Shown: positions 26,506-37,030, counted from the stretch's first letter. The stretch: 64,000 nucleotides of DNA from Candidatus Aenigmatarchaeota archaeon (GCA_043801595.1 JAZDLW010000021.1:89128-153127), one strand, 5' to 3'. Numbers and translations: made by a program. The notes: a model not told the origin generated them from the sequence alone.

Positions 26506-26919
26506 CTAAACCGTTTTTGCAACGCTTTCAATGAACTTCTGTCCTTTAGGCGTTATGGTCCGGCCCTTTTTCGGCTTCTCGGTTTTCTTGACCATTCCGC
26601 TTTTTTCGAGCTGTTGCAATATTTTCCTGATTATCGAACCCGATCCCCTGTATGTCCTTTCACGCGCTGTGCCGCGCTTTTTGCGCGACCCGTAGACTGT
26701 TCTTAATCGCGATGTGCCGCCTGGTCCGTCTATGTATATTCTTCGCAGTATTGACGCTGTGCGAACGAACCACCAGTTTTGGTCATCTGGATTTCGCACT
26801 TTCGCAGCGCCTGTTTTGACGAATTTGCTCCATTGCGGAGGTTCAAATTCCTTTGACTCGCTAAGCTTTACAGATACGGCATTTACCAGTTTTTGAGGAT
26901 CTTTGCTTCTCGCGTCCAT
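26506..26919 (-). CDS. rps19e: Ribosomal protein eS19
   Basis: WWFVRTASILRRIYIDGPGG..RLRTVYGSRKKRG...SGSIIRKILQQLEKSGMVKK. Confidence 0.85.
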   Translation of the reverse strand: MDARSKDPQKLVNAVSVKLSESKEFEPPQWSKFVKTGAAKVRNPDDQNWWFVRTASILRRIYIDGPGGTSRLRTVYGSRKKRGTARERTYRGSGSIIRKILQQLEKSGMVKKTEKPKKGRTITPKGQKFIESVAKTV

Positions 26920-27007
26920 TGTGGCACCACTCCATTATTCTATGGTTAATAATATATATGGTTTCCCTTGTAATTCGCGGATTGAACTTAAAAATGCATA
27001 TGGGCGG

Positions 27008-27322
27008 TCATTTTTTCCTATACGGAGTGCGGATAATGTTGCTGCATTTGCGACATTTCATAACAACCGCTTTTTTTGACGCACGCGTGCGCACTGTCGC
27101 ATTGTCGCCGGCAACCATAAACGAACCGCATTTTTTGCAGTACATTCTTTTTAGCGGTTTCGGAATCCCAACTTTGTAATGCATGGCGATTTTTCTGGCG
27201 ATTTCTACGTAGCGGTCTTCCATGCCAGTTCCTTTTTTTCTCGCTTCTGCGGCAAGCTCGAATAAACGTTCAATGCGCTCAGTAGCAATGTCTTTCTGCC
27301 ACGCAGGTTTTGTCCGCCGCAT
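27008..27322 (-). CDS. rnp4: RNase P protein subunit Rpp21 (Rpr2)
   Basis: IATERIERLFELA...RYVEIARKIAMHYKVGIPKPLKRMYCKKCGSFMVAGDNATVR...KCRKC. Confidence 0.85.
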   Translation of the reverse strand: MRRTKPAWQKDIATERIERLFELAAEARKKGTGMEDRYVEIARKIAMHYKVGIPKPLKRMYCKKCGSFMVAGDNATVRTRASKKAVVMKCRKCSNIIRTPYRKK

Positions 27323-27364
27323 AAGAATTATTCGGCAGTCCGATTAAATAATACGACCAACAGC

Positions 27365-27928
27365 TTACTCTGTTGAAAGCTCGAGCGTCAGCTTGCTGTT
27401 TTCAAAAAAAGAATCCGACAACGAATAACCTTCAGGCACGGTTATTATTTTGAAATACGTCGCGCCCTTGGCGGACGCTTTTATTTCCAGCGATTCCTCA
27501 AGCTCCTCGACGCTTATATCCTTTTCCTTTATGCCCGGAAGCTCGACCTCAACGATTATCTTGCTGCCAAGATTTTTAATTATTGTTCGCGGTTCGGCCA
27601 ATCTGGCCGAAGAAACCTTCATGACTGCTGGCTTTTGCGCTGCCACATACTTTGCGGGCTTTTTCTCCGCGCTGTCACCGAAAGTACGCACTTCCACATC
27701 CGGCTCGCCGGAAGGGTTCCCGATAATGTTTATGCTGAAGCCGTGTACATTCTCCGGTTCGGCGCCGGACTCCCTATCATCAAATCCGTGTTTCATCATT
27801 TGTTTTGTTATGTTGTTCAATATCTTCCCGAAATTCATAAACACGTCTTCGTTGCCGGTTTCGGCGCCGCATTCGGGGCAGAACTTCCAGTTCTTTTTCA
27901 GCTCGCTTCCGCAATTTCGGCAGATCAT
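27365..27928 (-). CDS. Zn-ribbon fused to an Hsp20/alpha-crystallin-like domain
   Basis: N-terminal CRNC...CPEC. C-terminal IIVEVELPGIKEKDISVEELEESLEIKASAKGATYFKIITVPEG resembles the ACD beta6-beta9 region. Confidence 0.5.
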   Translation of the reverse strand: MICRNCGSELKKNWKFCPECGAETGNEDVFMNFGKILNNITKQMMKHGFDDRESGAEPENVHGFSINIIGNPSGEPDVEVRTFGDSAEKKPAKYVAAQKPAVMKVSSARLAEPRTIIKNLGSKIIVEVELPGIKEKDISVEELEESLEIKASAKGATYFKIITVPEGYSLSDSFFENSKLTLELSTE

Positions 27929-27978
27929 AAATATCAACAACTAAGACACGTAATATCTGAAATAAATATCCGTAGGAT

Positions 27979-28410
27979 CTAAAACTCTATTGTTATGCTT
28001 ATCTTCTGGCGCGGGCTTTTCAACATGCGAACGAGCTCGCGGTCAAGATCGTTCGCGGATTTGTTCGCATGAACAGCCAATGTCCTGTCGTCGATGAAAC
28101 CTGACCTTCTTACCACAATGTCCTTTGTGTTTTTGAGCGTCAGATCAGGGTGGCCGTAAGCTATGATCGTGTCCGAAACTTCGCCGGACTTTATCCTTAT
28201 TATTAATTTTCTCCCTTCCTTGGCCGCTTTTTTCAGGCCATCGGAAAGGTCCGAACACGCCTTGTCCGACTTCACCCCGACAATGCAATGTCCTTCCCAA
28301 TCCATGTCCTTGTCTTTTGTGAACTCGAAGGTTGTATCGTGCTTTGAAGTGATGCAGTTGTGCCCGTATGCGCTTATGCGTTCAATCATACGATAAATAC
28401 GCTCAGGCAC
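27979..28410 (-). CDS. Conserved archaeal hypothetical protein (DUF371-like)
   Basis: The 143-aa ORF has a pattern (AYGHNCITSKHDTTFEFTKD, CIVGVKSDKACSDL) reminiscent of DUF371. The family call is tentative. Confidence 0.45.
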   Translation of the reverse strand: MPERIYRMIERISAYGHNCITSKHDTTFEFTKDKDMDWEGHCIVGVKSDKACSDLSDGLKKAAKEGRKLIIRIKSGEVSDTIIAYGHPDLTLKNTKDIVVRRSGFIDDRTLAVHANKSANDLDRELVRMLKSPRQKISITIEF

Positions 28411-28425
28411 GCTATTAAAATATCG

Positions 28426-29208
28426 CTAGCATGCTTTTCGCGCAAAAGTTATGTATCCGGTGTGCGCGAGCATTGTCGTGTTCGGACGCGAAAAATCGCG
28501 GGTTATCTTATAGTCGCGCACCATGCATTCGATTGTCCTTATCCGCATGAAATCTTCCTTTTCAATCGCCTCGGTTGCAGCCTTGACCTGCTCTATGTAC
28601 GGGCTATAGACAACGAGCCAACCGCCGCTCTTCAGTGATTTGTACGCATTAGGGACAACCTTCTCGGAACCGAGCATGTCCAAAATTACGACATCGATGT
28701 CCTTTTCCTTCACACCTTTCATTATATCCTTATTCTTCATCTCCACCCATTTCGACAGGCCAGAGTCGTTGATGTTCTTTTTAGCCGATTCAAAAAAATC
28801 CTTTCTCAATTCGTAAGTGAAGATCTTGCCGTCGGGCTTTACCAAATTCGCCATGAATGTTGTAAGAAACGCAGAGCCTGTGCCCGCCTCGAGCAAACGA
28901 TAACCCGAAGATATGCCCGTGTGGCCTGCTATTATCGAACAGTCCTTTAGCGATATTATCTGCGGCAGCCTTGCCAGCCGCTTCTCGAGAAAATCGTTTA
29001 TGTTCGGACGAAGTGCAATAAACGCCTCGCCCTTTGAAGATTTGATCTTTGCGCCGAACTTTTTCCCGACAAGTTTTGAAAGGTTTATCGTTCCATGGTT
29101 TGTGTGGAACATTCCCAAACTGACGTTTACGAGAAACTCATTCTTGCCGCACAGCAGCACCCTATCCGAAGCACCTATTACGCTCGTAACATCACCCGTT
29201 AAAAACAA
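28426..29208 (-). CDS. trmI: tRNA (adenine57/58-N1)-methyltransferase TrmI (Gcd14 family)
   Basis: LEAGTGSAFLT...VKPDGKIFTYELRKDF, VVILD, and the N-terminal beta-barrel region typical of TrmI. Confidence 0.8.
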   Translation of the reverse strand: MFLTGDVTSVIGASDRVLLCGKNEFLVNVSLGMFHTNHGTINLSKLVGKKFGAKIKSSKGEAFIALRPNINDFLEKRLARLPQIISLKDCSIIAGHTGISSGYRLLEAGTGSAFLTTFMANLVKPDGKIFTYELRKDFFESAKKNINDSGLSKWVEMKNKDIMKGVKEKDIDVVILDMLGSEKVVPNAYKSLKSGGWLVVYSPYIEQVKAATEAIEKEDFMRIRTIECMVRDYKITRDFSRPNTTMLAHTGYITFARKAC

Positions 29209-29223
29209 AGACGATTGTCTTAT

Positions 29224-29991
29224 TCATGCGCCGAACCTGCGCTGGCGCATATTAAAATCTTTTATCGCCGCAACCAGGTCGTTTTTCGAGAATTCCGGCC
29301 ACGATTTTTTGATAAAACATAATTCGGAATACGCGGATTGGAACAGCAAAAAGTTGCTGAGTCGTTTTTCACCGCCGGTTCTTATTATCAGTTCCGGGTC
29401 GCTTGCCTGAGGATTATAAAAATTCTCTCGCAACGTGCTTTCGCTTATTTCCGACGGCTCTATTGCGCCGGCCTTGACCTGCGCTGCTATATTTTTCACT
29501 GCGTCGACAATTTCCGTCCTGCTGCCGTACGCTATTGCAAAATTTGCCTCGAAACCGTTGTAATCCTTGGTAAGCTCCTCGACTTTTGCCAGAAGCATCC
29601 TCAATTTTTTCGGGAGTGTTTCCGTTTTGCCTATGATTTTTACCCGGACTTTTCTCGCGTGCACATTGTGATGTTTATTACTGATAACGTCGCAGGCGAC
29701 CTTTTCCATGAGCTTGTACAAATACTCCAGCTCTATCCTGGGCCGGCCTGCTATGTTTTCCAGGGAAAGCGTGTACAATGTCACGGTTTTTATGCCGAGA
29801 TCGGCACACCATCCCAAGACTTCGTCAACTTTCTTCTGGCCCCACTCATGTCCTTTCCATGGTTCCAACATCAACCGCTTTGCAAAACGCCTGTTGCCGT
29901 CCATTATAATCCCGAGATGGCGTACAGACTGCTCTTTCAGAGCCGTATATTCCACATTTTCCGATTCGTTCAGTGTCCGCATTTCGTGCAC
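29224..29991 (-). CDS. uppS: cis-prenyltransferase (undecaprenyl/dolichyl diphosphate synthase)
   Basis: HLGIIMDGNRRFAK, YTLSLEN, and AIAYGSRTEIVDA motifs. Confidence 0.9.
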   Translation of the reverse strand: MHEMRTLNESENVEYTALKEQSVRHLGIIMDGNRRFAKRLMLEPWKGHEWGQKKVDEVLGWCADLGIKTVTLYTLSLENIAGRPRIELEYLYKLMEKVACDVISNKHHNVHARKVRVKIIGKTETLPKKLRMLLAKVEELTKDYNGFEANFAIAYGSRTEIVDAVKNIAAQVKAGAIEPSEISESTLRENFYNPQASDPELIIRTGGEKRLSNFLLFQSAYSELCFIKKSWPEFSKNDLVAAIKDFNMRQRRFGA

Positions 29992-30046
29992 GCTTGATTA
30001 TATTAAAATCCGGCTATTAAAATATTGTTACCCGGTTTTTAAGCGA

Positions 30047-32062
30047 TTATTTGCTTGTAAATATATACCTCAGAACGAGTATCGCGGCTATTGCAAGGAT
30101 TATTCCCACAACCACAATGCCCCTGTTGCCGCTGCCGGATGGCAATGTCGTGGTTGTCGCGATGGTTGTTGTGGTTGTCGTCGGTCCCACGATGCTTGCT
30201 GTGAAATCTATGCTGGCCGGTATCCCCTTTTCGGATATTGCTATCACGGTTGTGCTGTAGTTTCCCAATCTTGTGCCAAATGGCGGAGCGATGAACAGAT
30301 AAATCTTTCCGGTTTCATTCGGAGCCAACGTGATGTTGCCTACGCCCACGGATATCCATGACGGCCCTATAGCCTGAAGCATGTAATTCAGCGTTTTTAT
30401 GCCCGTGTTCCTTAACTGAATCTCCTGCAGGTTCCTGTCCAAAGGATTTATCGATTTTTCAACATCCTTTGGTGTGAATGAACTGCCGTAGCATGATTTA
30501 GGATCCGAAACGACCAGCGCAGCGGTTGATTTTAATTCCACGTTATCGGATTTCGCGGCTATTGCAATGCCGTATATGCCGCTCTCATTGCTGTAGTTGG
30601 CAACAAAGTCCACGCTCTTGTTGGCGTTGGGCTGCAGCAAAAGATTGTTCGCGATCATTTTGCCGGCTGCGAACAACGCAAATGTCTCGGTTTTTAATCC
30701 GGTGTTTTTAAGCACAAGCGTGAAGCTAGCCCTGTCCGGCGCGCAGACATTAAGCGATGGCGGTATGACCTGCATCTCGGCGCTGTGGCACACAGGGACA
30801 TTAAGCGTAAATTTCGCATCTTTTTTCAGGGAGCCTGCTGCGACGCTCACAGTTGCATCATAAGTCTTGTTTTCAGCGAACCCTGTCGTATTGATCGTGA
30901 GATGAATATCAACGGAATTTCCGGGCACCAGCGTAACCTTGCTCACATCCAGACCGCCCAGATTCGACGTGAGATTGTACGTATCGGTTATTGTGCCAAG
31001 GTTCCTGACATTTACCGGGAAAACAAACGTCTCGCCCTTGCATACCGAACCCGACGCCAATGCCGACGTAATGCCTATTGCACCGCACTCGGTCACGTTC
31101 GATTCGGCGGATATTTTCTTTACAAAATCGCTGCCCACCGATTTAACACCGATGCCAAGCTTGAATTTTTCAACAGTGTCATGCGTATATATGATTTTGA
31201 ATGTTTCATTTTCCGAAGCATTGATGGCCAGCTGCGTCTGCTCAGAGCCTGCGCTTATCAAATACACATCGGGTTTTGTGCCAGTGTTCTTTACAACAAG
31301 TTCGAATGACGACGGACTTCTAATGCATGCCGGAATAACAGGATTTACGAACGCGTCAAACGTAAAACACTCCTTTACGTTCACGTCCATCGATGCTTCT
31401 GCTGCTGCGAACGAATCAGGCGATGTTGCAAAGAACCTGATTTTATTTGCCGAGACATTGGCGTAATATGTTTCGAAATTGACAATGGCAGACTGTCCGG
31501 CTGCGAGTTTCAATGTGGGATTATCAAATTTTCCAGCAGCGTCCGAAGATAGATTAAACGTTTCGGTCACACGACCGATGTTTTTAACTACGATTGTTGT
31601 GGAGAATTTGTCGCGCGCGCATGTTTTTGCGGAGCCCTGGGCAGCCAGCGAAACGGCATTGCAGGCTAGTACATCCACGTTGATCTTGGCCGCCAAATTA
31701 TCCGCCGAAGACAATGAGTTTGCTTTTATCGTAACACCGTACTTTTGGACAATTGTATCGTTGAAGGGATTGAAAAAAACAGAACACAGCGCCGACTCGC
31801 CAGATGCGAGAACAACCTCGTCGTTGCTTATGCTTCCTTTGTTGCATCCTGCGAACGTTGTTAAATCAGCGTCGGAAGTAAGCTTGTATGTGTCTGTCAC
31901 AGGTCCGACGTTCGTTATCCTAACGAGCTGGTTCGTGAAAGATAATTTACAAACGCCCATATCACTGATCGTGGGCTCTACGCTGACGCGGCTTGCCTGG
32001 GCTTGCACGGAAAATACTACAAAAAACAGGAAAGAAGCTGCGAATAAAAACTCTCTCCTCAT
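30047..32062 (-). CDS. Secreted cell-surface protein with repeated beta-sandwich domains, a C-terminal poly-Thr stalk and a TM anchor
   Basis: Signal peptide, repeated about 100-aa modules (NTG/NIG..T.TY.L motifs), C-terminal PTTTTTTIATTTTLPSGSG followed by a hydrophobic helix and a basic tail. Confidence 0.6.
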   Translation of the reverse strand: MRREFLFAASFLFFVVFSVQAQASRVSVEPTISDMGVCKLSFTNQLVRITNVGPVTDTYKLTSDADLTTFAGCNKGSISNDEVVLASGESALCSVFFNPFNDTIVQKYGVTIKANSLSSADNLAAKINVDVLACNAVSLAAQGSAKTCARDKFSTTIVVKNIGRVTETFNLSSDAAGKFDNPTLKLAAGQSAIVNFETYYANVSANKIRFFATSPDSFAAAEASMDVNVKECFTFDAFVNPVIPACIRSPSSFELVVKNTGTKPDVYLISAGSEQTQLAINASENETFKIIYTHDTVEKFKLGIGVKSVGSDFVKKISAESNVTECGAIGITSALASGSVCKGETFVFPVNVRNLGTITDTYNLTSNLGGLDVSKVTLVPGNSVDIHLTINTTGFAENKTYDATVSVAAGSLKKDAKFTLNVPVCHSAEMQVIPPSLNVCAPDRASFTLVLKNTGLKTETFALFAAGKMIANNLLLQPNANKSVDFVANYSNESGIYGIAIAAKSDNVELKSTAALVVSDPKSCYGSSFTPKDVEKSINPLDRNLQEIQLRNTGIKTLNYMLQAIGPSWISVGVGNITLAPNETGKIYLFIAPPFGTRLGNYSTTVIAISEKGIPASIDFTASIVGPTTTTTTIATTTTLPSGSGNRGIVVVGIILAIAAILVLRYIFTSK

Positions 32063-32141
32063 TCAAGCACCTACCATTAGGAATTGCCTAAAGCTTAAAT
32101 AGCTATTCGCCTGAAACGACAGGAAAAGCCTTTGATTGGTT

Positions 32142-33368
32142 TCAGAATTTGTTTTTAGACGTTTCTATCTCTTTCTTGACGCTTTCGAGGTAGCTTTTGC
32201 CTCCGACACCGGCTTCAAGTTTTATTTCTTTGGAAAAAAGCAGTAGCAGCAGGAATACGATTGCAGCGAATGCAACGCCCGCATTAGCCTCTTTCGCGGA
32301 AGCCTGTCCGGCTTGCGATATCGCGCCGAGCGTCACGTTCTTTTCGGACTTTACGCCGTCTTCTGTGCGCACAATCAATGTATAGAATCCCGCGGAAGCG
32401 GGCGAAACGTACACGAATTTTATTCCGTTTGTCATTACAAAACTTGACGGCTCTAGCCAGCTGTCGGGAACACCGCTGATAGAAATCTTTGTTTCATCAT
32501 CGCCCTGATAATAGACTGCGAGCAATGCGCTCTCTCCGATCCGCACGTCTATATTTTTCGGGTAGATTTCAAGATTAGATTTTTTAACCGGCTTAACCAA
32601 CTGAAAAATCTGAACTTCGGATGACGTTTGCCTATTACAGCTTTCTGAGCGTGCAACAAGCTGATACGTTCCAGCGTTTGGCGCATCAAGAGAAGCGCGC
32701 CAATAACCAAATTCATTCGAATACGCTTTTACTGACGATCCTCCCAAAGAAACTATTATCGGAGATACGATGCCCTCGGCATTCATTTGCTTGAGATATC
32801 CCTCGACCAAAACCTTTTCGTTGCTGTACACGGCATTCGGTGCTGCCATGTTCATTGTTATCTGGTCGCAGAAAGATTGCGGGCATTTCGCGATTGTACG
32901 CGATACGAACGCTCCCTGAATTCCGGGTGTTGTATATTCTATGACTATATTGCGGCCTGCGCAGATGCTGCTCGACACAGCGCACGCGATGTTTTTTGAG
33001 GAATGCGCTGCAAGTTCAAACGATGGCGCAGAATCGCATGAGAACTGCACGCAGTCCTTTGTGCCTATTGCGCAATAAAGAACGTTTATTCCCAATGTTG
33101 CGGCGCTGTCTCCTATATTCGATGCGGCGATCGTAAGATTATGCTTCACCTTTCCGCCTTCTGCGTACGAGCCGGCGAAAACCGACGATACCAGGCTGTT
33201 GAACGGGTAGTCCGTATAAGAATAATTCTGCGATCCTACCGCTGTCTGCGCAACCGTGCTTGAAGGAAAGATCGGAGATACGGAAGAACTGTAATCCTGC
33301 GCATAGACTGTTATCGGCAGTACGATAAACGCCAATAACGACAACAAGCACGCTTTGTACAATGACAT
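32142..33368 (-). CDS. Secreted cell-surface protein with a C-terminal TM anchor
   Basis: Signal peptide (LLSLLAFIVLPITVYA), Cys-containing ectodomain, and C-terminal AFAAIVFLLLLLF anchor. Confidence 0.55.
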   Translation of the reverse strand: MSLYKACLLSLLAFIVLPITVYAQDYSSSVSPIFPSSTVAQTAVGSQNYSYTDYPFNSLVSSVFAGSYAEGGKVKHNLTIAASNIGDSAATLGINVLYCAIGTKDCVQFSCDSAPSFELAAHSSKNIACAVSSSICAGRNIVIEYTTPGIQGAFVSRTIAKCPQSFCDQITMNMAAPNAVYSNEKVLVEGYLKQMNAEGIVSPIIVSLGGSSVKAYSNEFGYWRASLDAPNAGTYQLVARSESCNRQTSSEVQIFQLVKPVKKSNLEIYPKNIDVRIGESALLAVYYQGDDETKISISGVPDSWLEPSSFVMTNGIKFVYVSPASAGFYTLIVRTEDGVKSEKNVTLGAISQAGQASAKEANAGVAFAAIVFLLLLLFSKEIKLEAGVGGKSYLESVKKEIETSKNKF

Positions 33369-33463
33369 GACAACAAAGAGTAAATCATCGGTTAGTTATT
33401 TAAGCCGCGAATTAGGTCCCGCTTTTTAAAGGCTGGCGGCGATTTGCTGAAATACTGTGCTTG

Positions 33464-33859
33464 TTAAAAAGTCGGGTATTTTTCCGACTTCTGCTTGTAT
33501 TCCGCGAATAACTTTTCAACCGAGCGCCGGTCTATGCGCTTCCCGAAACACTTATGTGGCACAAGCCCGCCGGAAAAGCCTTTGGGAATGTGCATTAACT
33601 CGTGAATCAGTGTCTTCTCCTTTTCTTCGGATCCGAGCGAGTCGAAATGTTCGGATATCACTTCTATCACATAATGCGCCTTTATCCCCAGCGCCTTTTG
33701 CCATATGCGCGGCATTGACCAGATGCGCGCGATCGAACGGCCTTTTGACCCGTGACTTCGCATGCAGAACAACCGTGCGGTGTCTATTGCGTCTATCCCA
33801 AGTGTGCGCACTATTTTATCAACAGAATTCTTGATGTCTGGGGCTTCCTCGAATTTCAT
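33464..33859 (-). CDS. Putative zinc metallopeptidase (HExxH; SprT/DUF45-like)
   Basis: HELMH motif in a roughly 130-aa protein. Confidence 0.5.
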   Translation of the reverse strand: MKFEEAPDIKNSVDKIVRTLGIDAIDTARLFCMRSHGSKGRSIARIWSMPRIWQKALGIKAHYVIEVISEHFDSLGSEEKEKTLIHELMHIPKGFSGGLVPHKCFGKRIDRRSVEKLFAEYKQKSEKYPTF

Positions 33860-33882
33860 GCTACGTTACTTCTGTTTGAAAA

Positions 33883-35946
33883 ATGCTTAAATACAACGCC
33901 GGCTTAATGTTCTTAGTCGTGATTACGTTTGATGACAAGATTCCCAAAAGAGTGAACAGTTCTTTGTTAGACAAATCTGTAAAAGGCGCTGTCATCACTT
34001 CTGCATTGCCTTATGCGAACGGCGAAATACACCTGGGCCACATAACGTCAACATACCTTCCGGCAGACATACTCGCGCGCTACTTTCGGGCAAAAGGGCG
34101 GAAAGTGCTGTTCCTCTGTGCGTCGGACGATTATGGAACTCCAATCCTGATAAGGGCCGAACAGGAGCGGAAAAAACCGGAAGACTACGTGAAATTCTGG
34201 AACGAAAAAGACAAAAAGGATTTCGAAAAATTGGGAATCTCATTCGATCTGTTTTACCGGACAAGCTCGCCGGAAAACATCAAGCTTGCGCAGCATTTTT
34301 TCGACCTGCTGAATAAAAAAGGTTTCATATTCAAACAGGTTGTATCGCAACCGTACTGCGAGTACGACAAAAAATTCCTGCCGGATCGCTACGTAAAAGG
34401 AACATGTCCGTTCTGCGGGGTCGAAGAACAATATTCCGACGGCTGCGAAAAATGCGGGCGCGTTTTCGAGGCGGGCGAGATAAAGAACGAGCACTGCGCG
34501 CTATGCGGGCGGAAACCAATCTACAAAAAAAGCGAGCATTATTTCCTCAGACTGTCGTCCTTCTCAAAAGAACTTAAAAACTGGCTGGTTAATAACAAAA
34601 ATTTGCAGGAGGAGGTTAAAAATTACGTCCTGAACTGGGTTGAGAACGGGCTGAAAGAATGGGACATAACGCGCGACATAAGCTGGGGCGTGCCCATCCC
34701 CGGCGAGGATAAGGTTTTCTACGGCTGGTTCGACAATGCAATCGGATACGCGTCGACGGCGATAAAATTCTTCGGCGACGAGCGCAAAGCGCGCGAATTC
34801 TGGAACTCCTCGGACATCTACCACTTCATCGGAAAAGACATAATATATCACCATTACCTTTTCATGACTGCGATACGCCTCATAACGAACGAGTTCAAGG
34901 CGCCGGACTTTATACCGACGCGCGGACACCTGTTGCTGGTCGGCAAGAAGTTTTCAAAAAGCAGGGAATGGTACATATCGCTTAGCGATTTTCTGGGCGA
35001 GTTTCCGCCGGATTATCTGCGATATTATCTCTCATCCATAACAACGTACTCGCAGCAGGACACCAGCTTTGACTGGAGGGAATTCCAGGCGAAAATAAAC
35101 AACGAACTCGTAGGCAACGTGGGAAATTTCGCAAACAGGACGCTGACGTTCATTGATTCCAGATTCGGCGGGAAAATACCCGAACCTGAAAAGAAATTAA
35201 GCGCGGAATCGGAAAAAAGAAAACAGGATATCACTGAAAAAATAAAAACCGTCCACAAGCTCGTCGGGGAGGAAATTTCATCAAACCACTTCGACCGCGC
35301 GTTAAAGAAAATATTCGAATTCTCGAGCTGTTGCAATACGTATTTCCAGAGCGAAGAGCCGTGGAAAAGCAAGGACAACAAAACCTGCATTTACGTGTGC
35401 GCGAACGCATGCCGGACGATTGCGATTCTAATCGAGCCTTTCCTGCCTTTTTCTTCGGAAAAAATATACGGTATGCTTGGCGTAAAAGGCGGCCAAAGCT
35501 GGGATTCGGCCGCGAAACTGGAAATAAAACCCGGCCACAAAATTGGAAATGTTGAAATACTGTTCAAGAAAGTTGAGGACGACGCAATAAAATCGAGAAT
35601 AGAAAAACTGGGAGGTGCAAAAGAGATGGTCGATATCGAAGAATTCGAAAAAATCGAGATAAAAACCGGCAGGGTAATTTCGGCGGAAAAAATTGAGAAA
35701 TCCGAGAAACTGCTTAAGCTGATGATCGATCTTGGAACTGAAAAAAAACAATGTGTATCCGGCATTGCGAAATTCTACAATTTGAATGGGCTAATCGGAA
35801 AGAACGTTGTGGTTGTTACGAACTTAAAACCGGTAAAGATGATGGGCGTAGAATCGCAGTGCATGCTCCTGATCGCGGAGAAGAACGGGAAACTGTCGCT
35901 GTTAACAACAGAGACGGATGTGGAAACCGGCGCAGATGTTGGCTGA
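33883..35946 (+). CDS. metG: Methionyl-tRNA synthetase with a C-terminal EMAP/Trbp111-like tRNA-binding domain
   Basis: HIGH reads HLGH. The Zn knuckle has CPFCG..CEKCG. KMSKS reads KFSKS. The C-terminal KIEIKTGRVISAEKI domain matches EMAP/Trbp111. The true start may lie downstream of the annotated ATG. Confidence 0.9.
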   Translation: MLKYNAGLMFLVVITFDDKIPKRVNSSLLDKSVKGAVITSALPYANGEIHLGHITSTYLPADILARYFRAKGRKVLFLCASDDYGTPILIRAEQERKKPEDYVKFWNEKDKKDFEKLGISFDLFYRTSSPENIKLAQHFFDLLNKKGFIFKQVVSQPYCEYDKKFLPDRYVKGTCPFCGVEEQYSDGCEKCGRVFEAGEIKNEHCALCGRKPIYKKSEHYFLRLSSFSKELKNWLVNNKNLQEEVKNYVLNWVENGLKEWDITRDISWGVPIPGEDKVFYGWFDNAIGYASTAIKFFGDERKAREFWNSSDIYHFIGKDIIYHHYLFMTAIRLITNEFKAPDFIPTRGHLLLVGKKFSKSREWYISLSDFLGEFPPDYLRYYLSSITTYSQQDTSFDWREFQAKINNELVGNVGNFANRTLTFIDSRFGGKIPEPEKKLSAESEKRKQDITEKIKTVHKLVGEEISSNHFDRALKKIFEFSSCCNTYFQSEEPWKSKDNKTCIYVCANACRTIAILIEPFLPFSSEKIYGMLGVKGGQSWDSAAKLEIKPGHKIGNVEILFKKVEDDAIKSRIEKLGGAKEMVDIEEFEKIEIKTGRVISAEKIEKSEKLLKLMIDLGTEKKQCVSGIAKFYNLNGLIGKNVVVVTNLKPVKMMGVESQCMLLIAEKNGKLSLLTTETDVETGADVG

Positions 35947-35955
35947 CCGCAATAT

Positions 35956-36366
35956 TTACTTTTTCACGTAATTCGTGCCTGTGTGGCCGCATTTTGCGCA
36001 TGTATACAATGTGTTGCCTGTTACAGGGCTTGCCATAGACTTCATGCTGGAACCGCATTTCGGGCAGCCGAACTCCGACGACGAGATGATGCCACCGGAC
36101 AGGACTGATAACATACTCTCTGTTCTCTTTGCGGGCTGTTCAACCTCTTTCGGCGCTTCATCAAGCTCTTCGATGACAACCTCGTCATCGCGGTTTTGCA
36201 AAGGTTTGGAAGGTACTTTATCCATATCAAGACCGGTCTTAAGATCGCCTACGACCTTGAATGATGCGTCAAAAAACGTGCCGCAGCCCTTGCACAACAA
36301 TATAACAACGGGCGTTGACTGAACCAACTCAACTTTCGTAGAACAATTCGGGCATTGTTGTGTCAT
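35956..36366 (-). CDS. Double Zn-ribbon protein
   Basis: CPNC...CKGC at the N-terminus and CPKC...CAKC at the C-terminus, separated by an acidic linker. Confidence 0.5.
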   Translation of the reverse strand: MTQQCPNCSTKVELVQSTPVVILLCKGCGTFFDASFKVVGDLKTGLDMDKVPSKPLQNRDDEVVIEELDEAPKEVEQPAKRTESMLSVLSGGIISSSEFGCPKCGSSMKSMASPVTGNTLYTCAKCGHTGTNYVKK

Positions 36367-36460
36367 TCCATCACTAAATCTATGTTCCTAATTTCCTTAT
36401 ATTTATGCGGCACTCGCCGATACTACAAAATTAAAAGGAACGGAAACTAGTTTAGTTGAG

Positions 36461-37030
36461 GTGCTGGCAATGATAAAAACCAGAAAAAAACTGGCTGAAT
36501 ACTGGGACGGGCTCATTTCGAAGAGGATACCACCGTTCGCAACGTTCGGGAAGATTGAAGATGAAATAAAGGAACACTTGGGTTTCCTGAACTGGACAGC
36601 GAAGCGAATCGTATTGCCGCTGGCTGTTTTTTACCTGCTGATGAGTTTCGTGCTTCAGACCAGAATTCTCGGATCGCTGTTCCTGTCGTTGCTGGTGTTC
36701 TTATACAGCAATTTTTTGCCGGATGTGGGTTATCTGGTAAAAAAAACCAAGAAAAAGAGAGATGATTGGGGATGGCAGGAAAAGTATTCCCTGTTGTTTT
36801 TCGCACCCGTTGTTTTATATTATGTAATCGCAGGCAGGGCAAAGCCACTCTACTCCGTTGAAGACAAGCCATTCCATAATGCCAAAACTGTGCTGGTATA
36901 CGGCTTATTTCTCTTAGCACTGGGGTATGTTCTTTGGGGCGAATTGATTAAGGCTGCGATGCTGGCGACATTCGGCATGCTCGGATTCTGCGTACACTTG
37001 CTTGTTGACAGGAAGTTCAGGATAAGCTAA
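36461..37030 (+). CDS. Hypothetical polytopic membrane protein
   Basis: Four or five hydrophobic helices. Confidence 0.45.
   Translation: MLAMIKTRKKLAEYWDGLISKRIPPFATFGKIEDEIKEHLGFLNWTAKRIVLPLAVFYLLMSFVLQTRILGSLFLSLLVFLYSNFLPDVGYLVKKTKKKRDDWGWQEKYSLLFFAPVVLYYVIAGRAKPLYSVEDKPFHNAKTVLVYGLFLLALGYVLWGELIKAAMLATFGMLGFCVHLLVDRKFRIS

Noticed and set aside
35391-35765. 124-aa and 107-aa minus-strand ORFs inside metG.
   Set aside because: They are antisense to the MetRS C-terminal tRNA-binding domain and have a low-complexity Phe/Ser-rich composition.
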